The notes beneath the pieces are model-generated. The model was not told the DNA's origin, ran no database searches, and saw nothing but the letters and a program-made list of their open reading frames with translations. From Mobula hypostoma (lineage: Eukaryota): DNA of 64,000 nucleotides. Positions within the stretch are counted from its first letter, which is position 1. Every line of letters begins with the position of its first letter. Below are positions 63,707-64,000 of the stretch, in pieces. A program made the translations under genes and the position numbers. The stretch is from positions 104,658,001-104,722,000 of the forward strand of contig NC_086107.1 of the NCBI RefSeq assembly GCF_963921235.1. Reading direction: 5' to 3'.

Positions 63707-64000
63707 GATGTGAATTAAGAGTTCACATGTTAACAATATGGAATAAGTGAAGCCTGAAGAAGTGTTTTTATTTGGTAATACAATTACAAATTACATTTCT
63801 ATGAAGGATATTCATTGCTTAATGTAGTAAATGGTTATCCTTCTGGCTTGTTGACTGTAGTAATCTTTCCCATTCTTCAAATGTCTAATTCTCTGGCCAT
63901 TTTTGCTGATAATGTTGATTTTAAAAATGAAAATGTGGTAGAACATTGCATTTGTAATTGTCAGGAAAAAGTAAAAAGACTTGTATTCACTGAGTGCCTT

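Noticed and set aside
1..64000. Prokaryotic systems (CRISPR, retrons, operons) suggested by the many RT ORFs
   Set aside because: All RTs are eukaryotic non-LTR or PLE types in decayed repeats. There are no regular repeat-spacer arrays and no bacterial gene density.

Overview
Eukaryotic, non-genic-looking, transposon-saturated vertebrate DNA. The repeat complement suggests a cartilaginous fish, probably a ray (inference). No host protein-coding exon could be confidently identified. Every ORF I could recognise is transposon-derived or an antisense shadow of one. The window holds CR1/HER1-type LINEs (one near full length, with ORF1 esterase and ORF2), Rex1/Babar LINEs (one near full length with TSD), an L1-clade 3' fragment, Neptune-type Penelope-like elements (PLEs), a Tc1 IR/DR element, Tigger/pogo elements, hAT elements and MITEs, and SINE-like elements, many nested 2-3 deep with readable target-site duplications. 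The most notable signals are: minimal type I hammerhead ribozyme motifs in the PLE 3' ends, plus a family of decayed fold-back elements built from those ends; a ~650 bp YY1-headed non-autonomous retroelement in two copies; a Tigger4/Zombi-like element; a 93 bp templated insertion; and a few candidate + strand host exons and RFX-like enhancer motifs in TE-poor stretches.
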